The notes: generated from the letters alone by a model not told the origin. A DNA stretch of 64,000 nt from an uncultured bacterium (GCA_963726455.1 CAVSCK010000004.1:992001-1056000); one strand, 5' to 3'. Positions 39,009 to 50,108 are shown, counted from the stretch's first letter. Translations and numbers: made by a program.

Positions 39009-40412
39009 TCAGTCGGTGCGAGAGGAATTGCTTTGGCGAAGATAGTTCATGGCGGGGTTGGAGATGACGAATTTGTATTTGCCGGAGTCGGTGCGGTTGA
39101 TCTGTTCGACCAGTTCGACCGACACTTTGAATTGATTCTGAAAGCAGTCTCGATAAGCGGCGGCGATGATGGACGGGTCGTGGCGGCGGTCGAAGGTTTC
39201 GCGCGGAATGACGCGGATGACCAAATCATCAACGGAGGTCTGCTCCAATTGGATGCGTTTGTATTTCCCCGGGCAGGCGCGTTCAATGACGGGAATGATC
39301 TGGGGCGCCATCAAGCCATTGCGGGTTAGCAGAAGATCCTTCCCCCTGCCACCGATCACTTCCATTGCCTCGAAATTGCGTGAAGCGCCGTCGGGATAGC
39401 CGCGCGAAACTCCAAAATCTTCGGTGTGATAACGGATCATGGGAAACGCGTAGTTCTGGAGTGACGTCGTAATGATATCGCCGGGTGACTGCCCTGCCGA
39501 ATGTCCGTCAGGGCCGAGAAATTCGACATAACAATATTCGGAATTGATATAAAGGTTGCCGTCCATTAGTTCGCCGGCCGAGACGGTGTTTTCACGATTG
39601 CCGTAATATTGAATGATATGGGTGCCAAAGAAAGACGCGATCAGGTCGCGGTATTCGGGATACAGTTTCTCGCCCACGCTGATGACGACTGGAATATGTA
39701 TGGGTGAAAGATTTTGCTGACGGAAGTACTCAATCAGAATGGCAGCGTTGGCGGGTTGGCAATAAAGCAAACGCGGCTTAAATTTGCGCAGCCGGGCGTA
39801 GATACGCGGACAGTTTTCGAGAGTAACACTGCGCGAATCGATGAGGAGTGCATTCTCGTTAAAATCAATCGGCATGTCTTTGGGGTCACGGACAAATTTC
39901 AAAGGCACCGTGAGCTGCGCACGGCGATCACGGAAACGGTAGCCGATGTTGAGAAAATGCCGCCAAACGATGGCGCGACGATATTCTTCGAGATATTCCG
40001 AACGGTAAGTGGTGAGGCCGTCACGTGTGGTGGCACTGGTCGTGGTCGGTATGGGATGGAAGCGTTCGAACTCGTCGGAGCGGAGTTCGACGTTGTGTGC
40101 GGCAACGTCTTCCTTGTGCAACACGGGAAGCTGCTCGAAGTCGGCCGGCGTCTTGATGTCCGACGGGTGGAGACCGAGAGCATGAAAACTGCGGTGATAA
40201 TACGGGACATGCTCGTAAGCGTAATCGAGGAGGGCCCGGAGTTGTTGCCACTGAAAATCGGCCAGTTCTTCGCGGGTACTATGTTGATGTTCGTTGAGAA
40301 ACCGAAGTAACCGACGAAACTCGCCGCCATATTTCACTGGCAGCGGCAACAACGTGTGCCGGAACCGGCGCAGCGTTCCGAAGAGGTTCATCTTTGTCGA
40401 ATAGGCAGGCAA
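39009..40412 (-). CDS. Phenylacetate-CoA ligase / CapK-like adenylate-forming protein
   Basis: AYEHVPYY, YYGNRE, FPMIRYHTED, GGRGKD, RTDSGKYK. Confidence 0.85.
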   Translation of the reverse strand: MPAYSTKMNLFGTLRRFRHTLLPLPVKYGGEFRRLLRFLNEHQHSTREELADFQWQQLRALLDYAYEHVPYYHRSFHALGLHPSDIKTPADFEQLPVLHKEDVAAHNVELRSDEFERFHPIPTTTSATTRDGLTTYRSEYLEEYRRAIVWRHFLNIGYRFRDRRAQLTVPLKFVRDPKDMPIDFNENALLIDSRSVTLENCPRIYARLRKFKPRLLYCQPANAAILIEYFRQQNLSPIHIPVVISVGEKLYPEYRDLIASFFGTHIIQYYGNRENTVSAGELMDGNLYINSEYCYVEFLGPDGHSAGQSPGDIITTSLQNYAFPMIRYHTEDFGVSRGYPDGASRNFEAMEVIGGRGKDLLLTRNGLMAPQIIPVIERACPGKYKRIQLEQTSVDDLVIRVIPRETFDRRHDPSIIAAAYRDCFQNQFKVSVELVEQINRTDSGKYKFVISNPAMNYLRQSNSSRTD

Positions 40413-40873
40413 GTACGAGTGACCTCCATGTATGTACTATTTATCGGCCGGCCAGCCCGATTTGCGCACTCGACGTGCCGCACTGTCACTAAGACGTCGA
40501 CTACCGACCGGTGCGAGTTTGCTTGACAAGAAATATAACCTATGATGGAAGTTGACGAACGGATTTTCTGTCGGCACTCAAAATTGGGCCGGCGGCATGT
40601 CACCATACCGCCGGTTTCCTACCCCCGCCTCCGTAACGCCCCCGGACGGACTTTTGAGGTTATTCAGCCAGTCGCGCTGAGGTTCCAATCATCGCAACCG
40701 CTTTCAGCCAGAGTAAAAGCAATCCGTGTGCCCGACGTGACATGCAGGCAGAAACGCACCTAATTCACGTTTGGATCGACGGTTTTGATTCCTTAAATGT
40801 GAAGCTTAATCAGGGATGTCGTAAACCTGCCACAAATGCGGTGTCTGCTTGTGGCAAAAATGCGTCAAATGAG

Positions 40874-42250
40874 CTACGAGATGTCTTTGAGTTGGTATTC
40901 GTTGATCAGTTTGTAAAGGTGGGTGCGGTCGATTTGCAGCACTTCGGCGGCCCTGACCACGCGCCCCTGGGCGAGATTCAGGGCTTTGATGATACACTCG
41001 CGGCGAAACTCCCTGGTCATGTCGTCCAGAGAGCGCAGGACGGCGCCTTTTTCGATCCAGAAATTGCCGAGCATGGCTTTGAGTTCATCGACACCGATTT
41101 CCGGTGAACTGGACAGAATCACTATTCGCTCGATGGTGTTCTCTAACTCACGGACGTTTCCGGGCCATTGATATTCGAGCAGGAGATTGACGGCCTCGGG
41201 CGCCAGACGACGGGCGTAGCCATTGCACTGCCGGGATTTGATCTCAGTAAAATGAGCCGCAAGCACGGGTATGTCCTGCTTGCGAGCACGCAACGGAGGA
41301 AGTTCAAGTTCGATTACTTTCAGGCGATAGAGCAGGTCTTCGCGGAACTTGCCATCCTTGACAAGTGAGCCCAGATCCTGATTGCTGGCGGCAACAATAC
41401 GAATATTGCAGCGGTGATTCTCGTTGTCGCCGACACGGCGATATTCGCGCTCCTGAATCAGGTGCAGCAGCTTGGCCTGTAGTGCGAGCGAGGCGTTGGT
41501 AATTTCGTCGAGAAACAGTGTGCCGCCTTCGGCCTCCTCGACAAGGCCGGCGCGATCAGCCAGAGCGCCTGTAAATGCTCCTTTGCGATGACCGAACAGT
41601 TCGCTTTCTGCGAGAGTGTCAGCCAAAGTTCCGGAGTCGATGCAGACGAATTTAGCCTCGCGACGGCGACTGTGGTAATGTATTTGCCGCGCGACGAGTT
41701 CCTTGCCGGTTCCGCTTTCGCCGGTGATCAGAACGACGCTGTCGCTGGGGCCGACACGTTGTATTTGTTCTCGCAGCGTACCGATCGCCGGACTGCTGCC
41801 GATGATTTCATATTTCCGGCGAATTTCGTTGAGGAATGAGCGATTCTCGCGTTTCAAGCGACCGCTTTCGATGGCGTTGCCGATCGTTACCATCGTCTTG
41901 TCGCGCTCGGCCAATTTGTCCAGATAGTCGAAAGCGCCTAGTTTCGTGGCTTCAATAGCGGTTGGAATTGAACCCTGGCCGGTCAGCATCACAACCGGAA
42001 GCAACGGATCAACAGCTTGAATGGCGCGCAGGACATCGACACCGTTCTTATCGCCATGCCCCCAGTCGAGATCGAGAGTCACGAGATCGTATTCGCGCTC
42101 GGCGACTGACTTCGCCACCTTGTCGATGTCGGTGATCACGTCGGCATCGTATCCCCTATTGACCAGCATCTGCCGAAAGCCATTGGCGAACGCCGGTTCA
42201 TTGTCGGCGACGAGAATCAAGCCCTTGCTTTTGGCGGCATTGTCAATCAT
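40874..42250 (-). CDS. NtrC-family sigma54-dependent response regulator
   Basis: Receiver domain, GESGTGKE, ESELFGH, GAFTGA, WPGNVREL, C-terminal HTH. Confidence 0.95.
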   Translation of the reverse strand: MIDNAAKSKGLILVADNEPAFANGFRQMLVNRGYDADVITDIDKVAKSVAEREYDLVTLDLDWGHGDKNGVDVLRAIQAVDPLLPVVMLTGQGSIPTAIEATKLGAFDYLDKLAERDKTMVTIGNAIESGRLKRENRSFLNEIRRKYEIIGSSPAIGTLREQIQRVGPSDSVVLITGESGTGKELVARQIHYHSRRREAKFVCIDSGTLADTLAESELFGHRKGAFTGALADRAGLVEEAEGGTLFLDEITNASLALQAKLLHLIQEREYRRVGDNENHRCNIRIVAASNQDLGSLVKDGKFREDLLYRLKVIELELPPLRARKQDIPVLAAHFTEIKSRQCNGYARRLAPEAVNLLLEYQWPGNVRELENTIERIVILSSSPEIGVDELKAMLGNFWIEKGAVLRSLDDMTREFRRECIIKALNLAQGRVVRAAEVLQIDRTHLYKLINEYQLKDIS

Positions 42251-44793
42251 CGGTCGGAATCTCCATTGACCGGAAGCTTCACGGTGAAGCGAGTGCCCTC
42301 TTGGGGGCGACTCACGACATCGATTTGACCGCCGTGGTTTTCGACAATTTCCTTCACCAGTGCCAGTCCCACGCCGGTCCCCCCTGCCTTGCTGAAACCG
42401 GGCTGAAATATTCGTTCCAGATCAGACGCGTCGATGCCGATGCCGGTATCTTCAACCACGATTTCAATCATCCTCCTCGAACTTCCCAAGGGCAAAACAT
42501 CTGCCAAGCCCGTCCTTATTGTGAGTTTGCCCCCGGCTTTCATCGCGAACACTGCATTGGATAACAGGTTATCTATCAATTCGCGAATCTGGCCGGGATC
42601 AACGTCGATTGACGGCAGGTGATCTTGTTGCATTCTTGCGACAGTAAGATTCTCTTTGGGGTTTGCCAGATACGGCTCGACGGCACGATCCACCAAAGCG
42701 TTGACATCGCAAGACATCAACTCGGGTTTTCTGATGGAGGAGAATCGCAGGATCTTGCCGGCGGTTTCGGCAGTCTCCCGAATTTGATTCTTTACGGCGG
42801 GAAGATAGTCAGTCAGAACAAACTCGCGTGCGGTTGGATCAAGGCGTCGGTCCTCTTCGAGGTTTTCGAGATAAAGTCGCGCGGTCGCAAGATTGCCTTT
42901 GAGTTTGTGCAGCCAACGCTGTGCCGCCTCGCCCAATACGACCTTGCGCTGCCAGTCGGCGCGGCTCGTAATGTTCTCGATCAATACCACCTTGCCGAGG
43001 AACTTGTTGTTGCGGTCGATGCGAGGATAGGTGGCCACCAACAAATTCGCCGTGGCGCCGTCGACGTCAATCTCGACTTGATCCTGCAATGACTTCAGAG
43101 GTTGTTCGAAGGACTTGTCAATCTGACGCGACACCGGTGCAGCAGCCTTACTCAGAATCTCCCGATACGACCGCTGATGGCGGTTTTGCGGCGACAGCAA
43201 GTGTTTGACCAGCGCGTGATCATTGACATAGGTGACGTGCCCCTTGCGGTCGAGCACGAGCACCAGTGAGTCAACTTTATCGAGACCGGGCAATCCGGCG
43301 GCAGCGAGATACAAACGTCTGAACCACCGAAACGACCAGAATCCGAAAGACACAACAACAAGCGCAATAAGGATGGCCAGATGCCACTGGTATCTGGCAT
43401 ACCAATATTCCAGCAGTGGCCGCTTGGTGATCGAGAGCAGACTATAGGCGTTGCCATCGCGAACGGCGGTGAATCCTGCCAGACCGGAAGTGTCAATGTT
43501 AGCGGCATTTTCATTGGGGACGGCAACGGCGAGCAATTCGAAGTTCGAGTCAAGAACGGCATAACGATTGGTTCCGCTCAGGGCGACAATCTCGGGGTGT
43601 TTGTCGTGATTGAGGTCGGCCACGGTGAAGATTGCCACACCACCGACGCGGGAAATAGCCCGGAGGTCAGTGCCCAGCCGCAGCAAGTAAGGCTCGTTAT
43701 CATTGCTGACGTATACGAGGATGCTGCGGGTTCCGGACGTTGAATCGACGAACGCTTTCAGGTCAATACCAGTGCCGGGAAACTGCTCCGAACTGGTGAG
43801 GAGGTTTCCGGACTCGATATCGAAGCACTTGGCCGAAATGCTATGACTAGTTGGCTCATCCTGATGGTGGAAACCAACCACGGCTTCAGACACACCGTCA
43901 CCGTTGACATCCATGACAAGCAGGGGCGCGCCCCAGAAGGCCTCGCAGGCGGTGTGCCGCCATCTTTCTTTCCCGTTGATATCCACGCAAACGACATATC
44001 CATTCTTGCTGGTCATGTCATTGGAGGACGTGTAGGCGTTGCCGCTGGCATTGGTGGTAAATACGAAGACAGTTGCGCCGGAGGCCAATCGCACTGTCGA
44101 AAACGCAGGTCGGCCGACAGCATCCGCTACCGGAAAGAGCCAGATTTGTTTCTGGTTTTTCAGGTCATAGGCGATAACGGCGCGTTCGAAGGCGCTATCC
44201 GGTTTGACTGAGCGGCTATAGATCAGGTCTTTGTAGCCGTCGCCGTTGACATCTATCGTTGTCAAGGGGGTGATGGTCAGGTCATGGAAATAGCCGGCGG
44301 GATCTAGATTCTTGCCAATCGCAGCGACGACGAAAGTTGTATCCGTGGAACTGCTTAAGCTGTCATATGCGACGATCTCTAAGAACGCGGTATCGCCGTG
44401 TGTTCTGACCATGACGATGTCATCCGCCGGCGAACCGATGCAATCCAGATAATCGACAAACCATTGGTGCGCCCAGGCATCGGGGCCGTTGTATTGGAAA
44501 AGTGCGTGTCCAGTCAGTGGACTGTCATAAGCTATCACGGCACTCTTCCACATGCAGTTCGGAACCGGGTGGGAGAATGAGGCCAGATACTCGGGCCGGC
44601 CATCGCCGTTAATGTCGCTGGCGGTGAACTCAAGGTCGGGAGGTTGCATCGGGCGGACGAAGTCGAGGCGATACGGCAGCCGGTCGCCCGGAGTGGACAT
44701 GTCAAGGTGCTTCACGACCTCGGCGGACGCGACGGATGCACCGGTAATTACCAGAACAGCAACGACTCTGATGAAATTATAGCTTCGAAGAAT
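42247..44793 (-). CDS. Sensor histidine kinase with extracellular FG-GAP-like repeats; probable ATT start
   Basis: DINGDG/DVNGDG repeats, one TM, H-box WLHKLK, NLLSNA, DTGIGI, GTGVGL; signal peptide only if started at ATT 44793. Confidence 0.85.
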   Translation of the reverse strand: MLRSYNFIRVVAVLVITGASVASAEVVKHLDMSTPGDRLPYRLDFVRPMQPPDLEFTASDINGDGRPEYLASFSHPVPNCMWKSAVIAYDSPLTGHALFQYNGPDAWAHQWFVDYLDCIGSPADDIVMVRTHGDTAFLEIVAYDSLSSSTDTTFVVAAIGKNLDPAGYFHDLTITPLTTIDVNGDGYKDLIYSRSVKPDSAFERAVIAYDLKNQKQIWLFPVADAVGRPAFSTVRLASGATVFVFTTNASGNAYTSSNDMTSKNGYVVCVDINGKERWRHTACEAFWGAPLLVMDVNGDGVSEAVVGFHHQDEPTSHSISAKCFDIESGNLLTSSEQFPGTGIDLKAFVDSTSGTRSILVYVSNDNEPYLLRLGTDLRAISRVGGVAIFTVADLNHDKHPEIVALSGTNRYAVLDSNFELLAVAVPNENAANIDTSGLAGFTAVRDGNAYSLLSITKRPLLEYWYARYQWHLAILIALVVVSFGFWSFRWFRRLYLAAAGLPGLDKVDSLVLVLDRKGHVTYVNDHALVKHLLSPQNRHQRSYREILSKAAAPVSRQIDKSFEQPLKSLQDQVEIDVDGATANLLVATYPRIDRNNKFLGKVVLIENITSRADWQRKVVLGEAAQRWLHKLKGNLATARLYLENLEEDRRLDPTAREFVLTDYLPAVKNQIRETAETAGKILRFSSIRKPELMSCDVNALVDRAVEPYLANPKENLTVARMQQDHLPSIDVDPGQIRELIDNLLSNAVFAMKAGGKLTIRTGLADVLPLGSSRRMIEIVVEDTGIGIDASDLERIFQPGFSKAGGTGVGLALVKEIVENHGGQIDVVSRPQEGTRFTVKLPVNGDSDR

Positions 44794-44986
44794 AGTCTGC
44801 TCCCTCTCGACGAAAGGCCAGACTCAATATACTAAAATCGGCAGCGTTGTCAAGGATGGGACATGCTGGTGGAGACAGTTCCTGGCGAGGAAACAGCGCC
44901 CCTCGTTACAAATGGCCGGAAATCCTGTAATAGATTTCCGGCCTGGGTATTAGAGCATCGGACAGCTTGCTAGCGGAAGTTGTCCG

Positions 44987-47531
44987 CTACTTGCACGCCC
45001 CACAGGGAGCGGGGCCGCCTGCGAAGATATATTGAATCAGATAGACCACGTCTGAGATATCAACAGACCCATCGCAGTTGGCGTCGCCGGCTGCAATCGG
45101 ATTCGGAGCGGGTCCACCGCTGAAGATGTACTGAATTAAGAAGACAGCGTCAGAGATGTCGATGGCGCCGTCACCGTTGGCGTCGCCGCAAATGTAGGAA
45201 GGCACGACCTCGACATCGAGAATCGTGAACGATATCGGGTCCACCTTGGCGCCGTTGTCCCCGCACATCCTGGTGTGAGTAACACCGAAGAGTCTGGTGC
45301 CCGGTACTTCCGTACTGATACTCAGGTAGTCAATCTGAAGATTCGAAACACCTTGGGCCGCCCAAGTCCACCGGACGCCGTTGGGTGAGGCCGTGAAGTC
45401 ATAGTCGGCTGACGCGACCACACTTGCGGGTTTGCCAGTAGTTGAACCCTTGAAGCCGGTCGGGTAGACGCCCTTGGGGGTCTCCACGATATAGCCGAGG
45501 CCAGTGGTGCCGGCGACGATGCGCGAGTATACTTGCGAGCCGTTGTTAAAGGCCTTGATGGTAGAGGTGCCCGCAGCCGAGGCAACCGCCAGGTTCCAGT
45601 TGTTGGCAGCGGCTTTGGTCATGGAAATACGCATACTGAGCGAGTCCGGGTGAGTAGGCGTGGCGAAGAAGAACTCCGTGCCGAGTGACGCGCTCACCGG
45701 CAGAGCGCCGATTGGGTCGGGGTTTGCGATCGTAATGGACCATATACCGTCATCTTTGTCTGCTTGTGCCGCTACGCCGTCGGAGCCACTGGGACCGATG
45801 TTGCCAACGACCAATGTCGTCTCGACCGGCGTAACGGTGGCGTTGCCGAGTGGGGTTACCATAGCATCACCGTAGCCGAAGGAGCAGGTCTCGGAAGCGA
45901 TCGTCAGGGAGTCCATTTGTTGCGCGTAGATTCCGACACTGCTCAGACCTGTGCAACTGACGTCGATGTTCGTGCTGATACTCAGGTAGTCAATTTGAAG
46001 ATTCGAAACGCTGTGCCCCGCCCACGTCCAGCGGACGCCGTTGGGTGAAGCGGTGAAGTCGTAATCTGATGATGCGACTACACTCGCGGGCTTGCCGCTT
46101 GTACTACCCTTGAAGCCGACCGGGTAGATGCCTTTGGCGGTCTCGACGACATACCCGAGACCGGTGGCGCCGCCGGCAGAGGTCGCATAGACCTGAGTGC
46201 CGTTATTGAAGGCTTTCACACTGCAAGCGGCCGCACTCGACTGAACCGCCAGATTCCAGGTGTTGGCAGCGGCTTTGGTTTGGGATATGGACATGGTGAA
46301 AATTCGGCCTGTGATCGGAATGGGGAAGCTGAATTCAGTTTCCAGTGCCGCACCCGCCGGCAATATATCGCCCTGATCAGGATTCCGTAACTCTCCGCGC
46401 CAGACGATAGTAGACGGCGGGCTGGAGATAGCATCGGGGATGTCTACAGTAACCCCGTCGGGAGTCATGTCGGCGGTGAAGCGGGTGACAGTCAACTGGC
46501 CCCCGCTCACGCCAAGGCAGGTCGTCCCGGCAGAGACATGTTCCAAGCCAAAGATGTTCACAGTATCCGGCCGCGGTGAAGGAATTGGGTTACACGGGCC
46601 GGGCACTGGATAGCCGCCGTACGGGACGAAGGCGCTAAGGCCGTACGTGAAGTAGTTTTGATAGACTTTGATATCCATCGTGTCAATAATGCCGTCACCA
46701 TTCAGGTTGCAGTTATAAATGACGGCAGGGACCGGGCCGCAACCATTGATAAAGGCTGCAAGGTAGGACAAATCAGCGACCGTCAGGCCAATGCCATTGT
46801 TGTCGGCATCGGCGTTGGCGTAACAGATCGGGCTGCATAGATTGGCCTTTATGAGAAAGTTGTAATCGGGTCCGGCGTCATCGGCAAAGCGGTACCAGAG
46901 ACCTCCAGCGTAATAGCAGGAGCGACCGTAGTCGGTGGTGCCGCTGTCACTAAGGATTGACTCCCAGTCAATTGTCCCGCTGGTAGAGATTCCGATATGA
47001 AAATCAGCGGAGAAGACCAGTTGATCTGCTGCAAACGAGACCACGGTAGGAGTGGGGTACTTATTGTATGAACCGGGGGGCAATTTCCGCGAGGAAAGAA
47101 GTGACCCCGGAAGTCCGAAATTATCCGAATAGATGGAGATCTTCACCGTGTCATTACCCCATGCACCGTCCCCGTGATCATAGAAATAAACTGTGGCGGT
47201 CTTTCAGTGTGTCCTGCGAGATCGGGGAAAAGCGCATAGAGAGTGACGTCATTGCGCCGGTCGGTATCGGGAAATAGAACGCCGGATTACCTGCGTAACT
47301 CAGAGTCGAGCAGGGAAATGATGCGGCGCCCAGAGCCGAACTGAGCGGCGATCCTTTGCCCACCTGTTCGAACATGCCCCCTGGCTGGGGTGCGGATGGC
47401 GCGCTACCTCCGAAGATGCCGGAAGAGAGCATTAGACTGACCACCAGCACAATCGGGATGAAAACCGAATTCCTTTTTGTTGTTCCCTGGATTACTGAGA
47501 CCTGTGGGCCCGCGCCTTCTCGCCTTTTCAT
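44987..47531 (-). CDS. Large secreted protein with internal ~120-aa duplication and two dockerin-like domains; apparent indel at ~47202
   Basis: ATG 47531 after GGAGG; removing one base joins QDTLK to TATVYFYDHGDGAWGNDTVKISIY; duplicated GFKGSTxGKPASVVASxDYDFTASPNGVRWTW. Confidence 0.75.
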
Positions 47532-47929
47532 GTGTGACCTCCGAAAATTAGTTAATACGGTTGTTCGAGATTTCGTTTTCAAGGGATTATGAAAAGCTAA
47601 TTGACCTCGCTTGATGTCTGAGCGGTCCCCAATCATTCTCCGAACATTCGGAGCGTTCCCGTCGTCCCTTACTGAAAGCACATTTCAGTCCGACGTCGAC
47701 GCATTGCTGCCGTTACCGGTCGTCGGGATACGACTACCGGGCAGACCCCTGTGATGCTGTGAAAAGCGAAGTTGTGGTGATCTCAGGTCTGCGACTTCCA
47801 AGAAGCCGGACTCGTAATCAAAATCACCCAAGCTCTGATTTTCTGATTTACGCAATTAACCTAAGTAATGAACGTCTGTTTGTCAACCTATTTTGCCATG
47901 TTCTGGAAGATTATCTGCTAGAATTGAAG

Positions 47930-47947
47930 AAAGCCGGTGAAGGGACT
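47930..47947. repeat. att core (left junction)
   Basis: AAAGCCGGTGAAGGGACT, identical to 62244-62261 (tRNA-Thr 3' end). Confidence 0.92.
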
Positions 47948-48026
47948 GCACACATTAATGCACTTTCAATTCCCCTGTCGATCAAAATAGTTTCGAAAAG
48001 GCGAATAGCGTAGTATCGTCGCGCTG

Positions 48027-48572
48027 ATGATAGTGCGAACACGACAGCGACCGCAAAATGAGCCTGAGCGGCCGTGGATACTGGCTACTCACAAAGGCGA
48101 TTACGGAAAGTTGCTTCTCGCAGCGCGGCCATTCCAGAAGTCACTTTGTATAGTCCGGCCCGCCATCAAGAGGACGTCACCAAGAATTTCCTATGAGCCG
48201 CTCTATTTCGATTATGTCTTCCTGAGAGCATTGTCGGGCAGCCTGTTTGTCACGATCAAACACCTTCCGGTAAAGGTAGTCTGCTTGGGCGACAAGACTC
48301 TGTCGATCACACAGGCGGAAATGGATAAGATCACTGAGATTACTCGGACTCTCGCCTATCAAGCCGCTCACCCACCGGGGGCGCAAGAATTTGTACAGGA
48401 ACACAAGGGCAAGCAGGTCACCATCACCGGCGGCTCGGCGTGCGGAATGTCCGGTATCGTCGATTCTGAGGCCAGCACGCGGGACGTGTTTGTCAGGATC
48501 GCGGGCCTGCGAATACGGGTGCCGATGGACAGGTTGGATGTTGAGACTGTTGGCGTAACGTCTTCCCCTTGA
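48027..48572 (+). CDS. NusG paralogue (NGN plus KOW) antitermination factor
   Basis: EPLYFDYVFLR (cf. PLFPGYVFV) and KOW GKQVTITGGSACGMSGIV. Confidence 0.7.
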   Translation: MIVRTRQRPQNEPERPWILATHKGDYGKLLLAARPFQKSLCIVRPAIKRTSPRISYEPLYFDYVFLRALSGSLFVTIKHLPVKVVCLGDKTLSITQAEMDKITEITRTLAYQAAHPPGAQEFVQEHKGKQVTITGGSACGMSGIVDSEASTRDVFVRIAGLRIRVPMDRLDVETVGVTSSP

Positions 48573-49016
48573 GCCTTCTGCCGCTTCTCTACGATTATGC
48601 CCTTATTGATGTACCCGTTGTTTCTGAACGATTCTTCGCCTTTTTAGGTGTCAACTTTGTCAAATTTGCGATACGCTTGTCTCTGTTACTTCTCTGCTTA
48701 TCAGTGCTCATGTCGAATTATCCGGGGCGTCCGGCAGTTGTCCGATGGAATCGGACGACTTACACAAATTCCCCGCGAATCATTGTTAATTCGTTGTTCT
48801 CAATGCCTTCCTGAAGGCGGCATTTTCCCCACCAAAACAACAGCATAGCATTGACATTTATCTCTCCTAGCCTGATATTGAGGTCACGTTCACGAAGTAG
48901 AGCACAAATCTAATTGCAGTCTGGAAGCTGATCACGTCCAGGCGCAACTCCTCTGAGTGCGCAGAGTGTCCTGCTGGAACCTCAGCCGCAAAGACCGAAG
49001 GGAGACAATAAAAATC

Positions 49017-49562
49017 ATGTTGGGAAAGATACTGATTGCGGCGGTATTGACGTTTTGGCTGCCAGCCGTCGGCGGGAATCTCACAGTCACGGTGGATACT
49101 GGCATGGCCTTGAACGGCGGCTTATCCAGCCTAAACTTTCATAGCCGACTCAGCGTGTTGAAGATCGTAATTAATGATGATGCTTGCCCTGCCCAATTGA
49201 CAGAAGCGGGCCTGTGGCCGAACAACAATAAGGTTGACTTTCTGTTCTCGACCACCGGCAAACTAACTTCACTGGATAGCATCGATGCTGTTGACATCAC
49301 ATTCCTCGCCTATGATTATTTTGACCGTGCTATACTGAGATTCGCGACGCCAGAAGCATTCTCCCTGTCGCCCGGTAAGGAGATGGATATTGGCAAGCTA
49401 ATGGGGCAAGTCGTCAACGAACGTCAAAGAAGACTATTATTCAAGTCTGTCACCTTTGTTTCTGCAATCAGAAGAAAGGACGGAAGCCTTTGGTTCGCAG
49501 ACGAATCAGCAATCATTGCGCTCGTCAAATCGCTGAATCTCGAATTTCCAACGCAAAACTAA
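49017..49562 (+). CDS. Secreted hypothetical protein
   Basis: Signal peptide MLGKILIAAVLTFWLPAVG; upstream TTGACA promoter at 48851. Confidence 0.65.
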   Translation: MLGKILIAAVLTFWLPAVGGNLTVTVDTGMALNGGLSSLNFHSRLSVLKIVINDDACPAQLTEAGLWPNNNKVDFLFSTTGKLTSLDSIDAVDITFLAYDYFDRAILRFATPEAFSLSPGKEMDIGKLMGQVVNERQRRLLFKSVTFVSAIRRKDGSLWFADESAIIALVKSLNLEFPTQN

Positions 49563-49578
49563 AATTGGAGAATCAATC

Positions 49579-49959
49579 ATGTTCAAGAGATTTTCGCTGA
49601 TCAGTCTTGTCGCAATTCTGTCATTGTTGTTCGCCTGCACCGGCAAACAAGGGCCGACGGGGCCGCAAGGTGATAAGGGCGATCCGGGCGATCCGGGGAC
49701 GGGAACTCGAATTGTCTATCAAAGTACCGCACCCGCAAACAGCCAGCAGTTTGTCGTGATGATCCCAGAGATTGACACCCACGATATGCCGTCAGTCACC
49801 GCGTATACCGCCACGACAACTTATCCGAACTCTTGGTTTCCAATTCCGTTGTATGTTTCTGGCGGGCCGGACTTGGGCGCATGTTTCATCGTTGAAACCG
49901 GAAAGGTTACGCTCGTGAATTGCAGCGGCCTTCTCTACAAGATTGTCATTGTGATCTGA
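49579..49959 (+). CDS. Lipoprotein with short collagen-like repeat
   Basis: Lipobox LLFAC, then GKQGPTGPQGDKGDPGDPG. Confidence 0.8.
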   Translation: MFKRFSLISLVAILSLLFACTGKQGPTGPQGDKGDPGDPGTGTRIVYQSTAPANSQQFVVMIPEIDTHDMPSVTAYTATTTYPNSWFPIPLYVSGGPDLGACFIVETGKVTLVNCSGLLYKIVIVI

Positions 49960-50108
49960 TGCGCGTTTGCCGGTGATCCTGGAGGTCAATACTGACTTGA
50001 CGATGGAAATGAGTTGCCCCTTGCCCGGCGGAAGACTCTGAAAATAAATAAAGAAAACTAAAGGTTTTTAGTTGCGTCGCCGATGACATTTGCGTATATT
50101 GGGTGAGA

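Noticed and set aside
47600-47760. Known riboswitch in the leader of the large dockerin gene
   Set aside because: Several hairpins are present but none shows a recognisable aptamer consensus; left uncalled.
47759-48013. Independent 84-aa gene
   Set aside because: It spans the left att junction; its 3' part is the integrase tail of the excised form.
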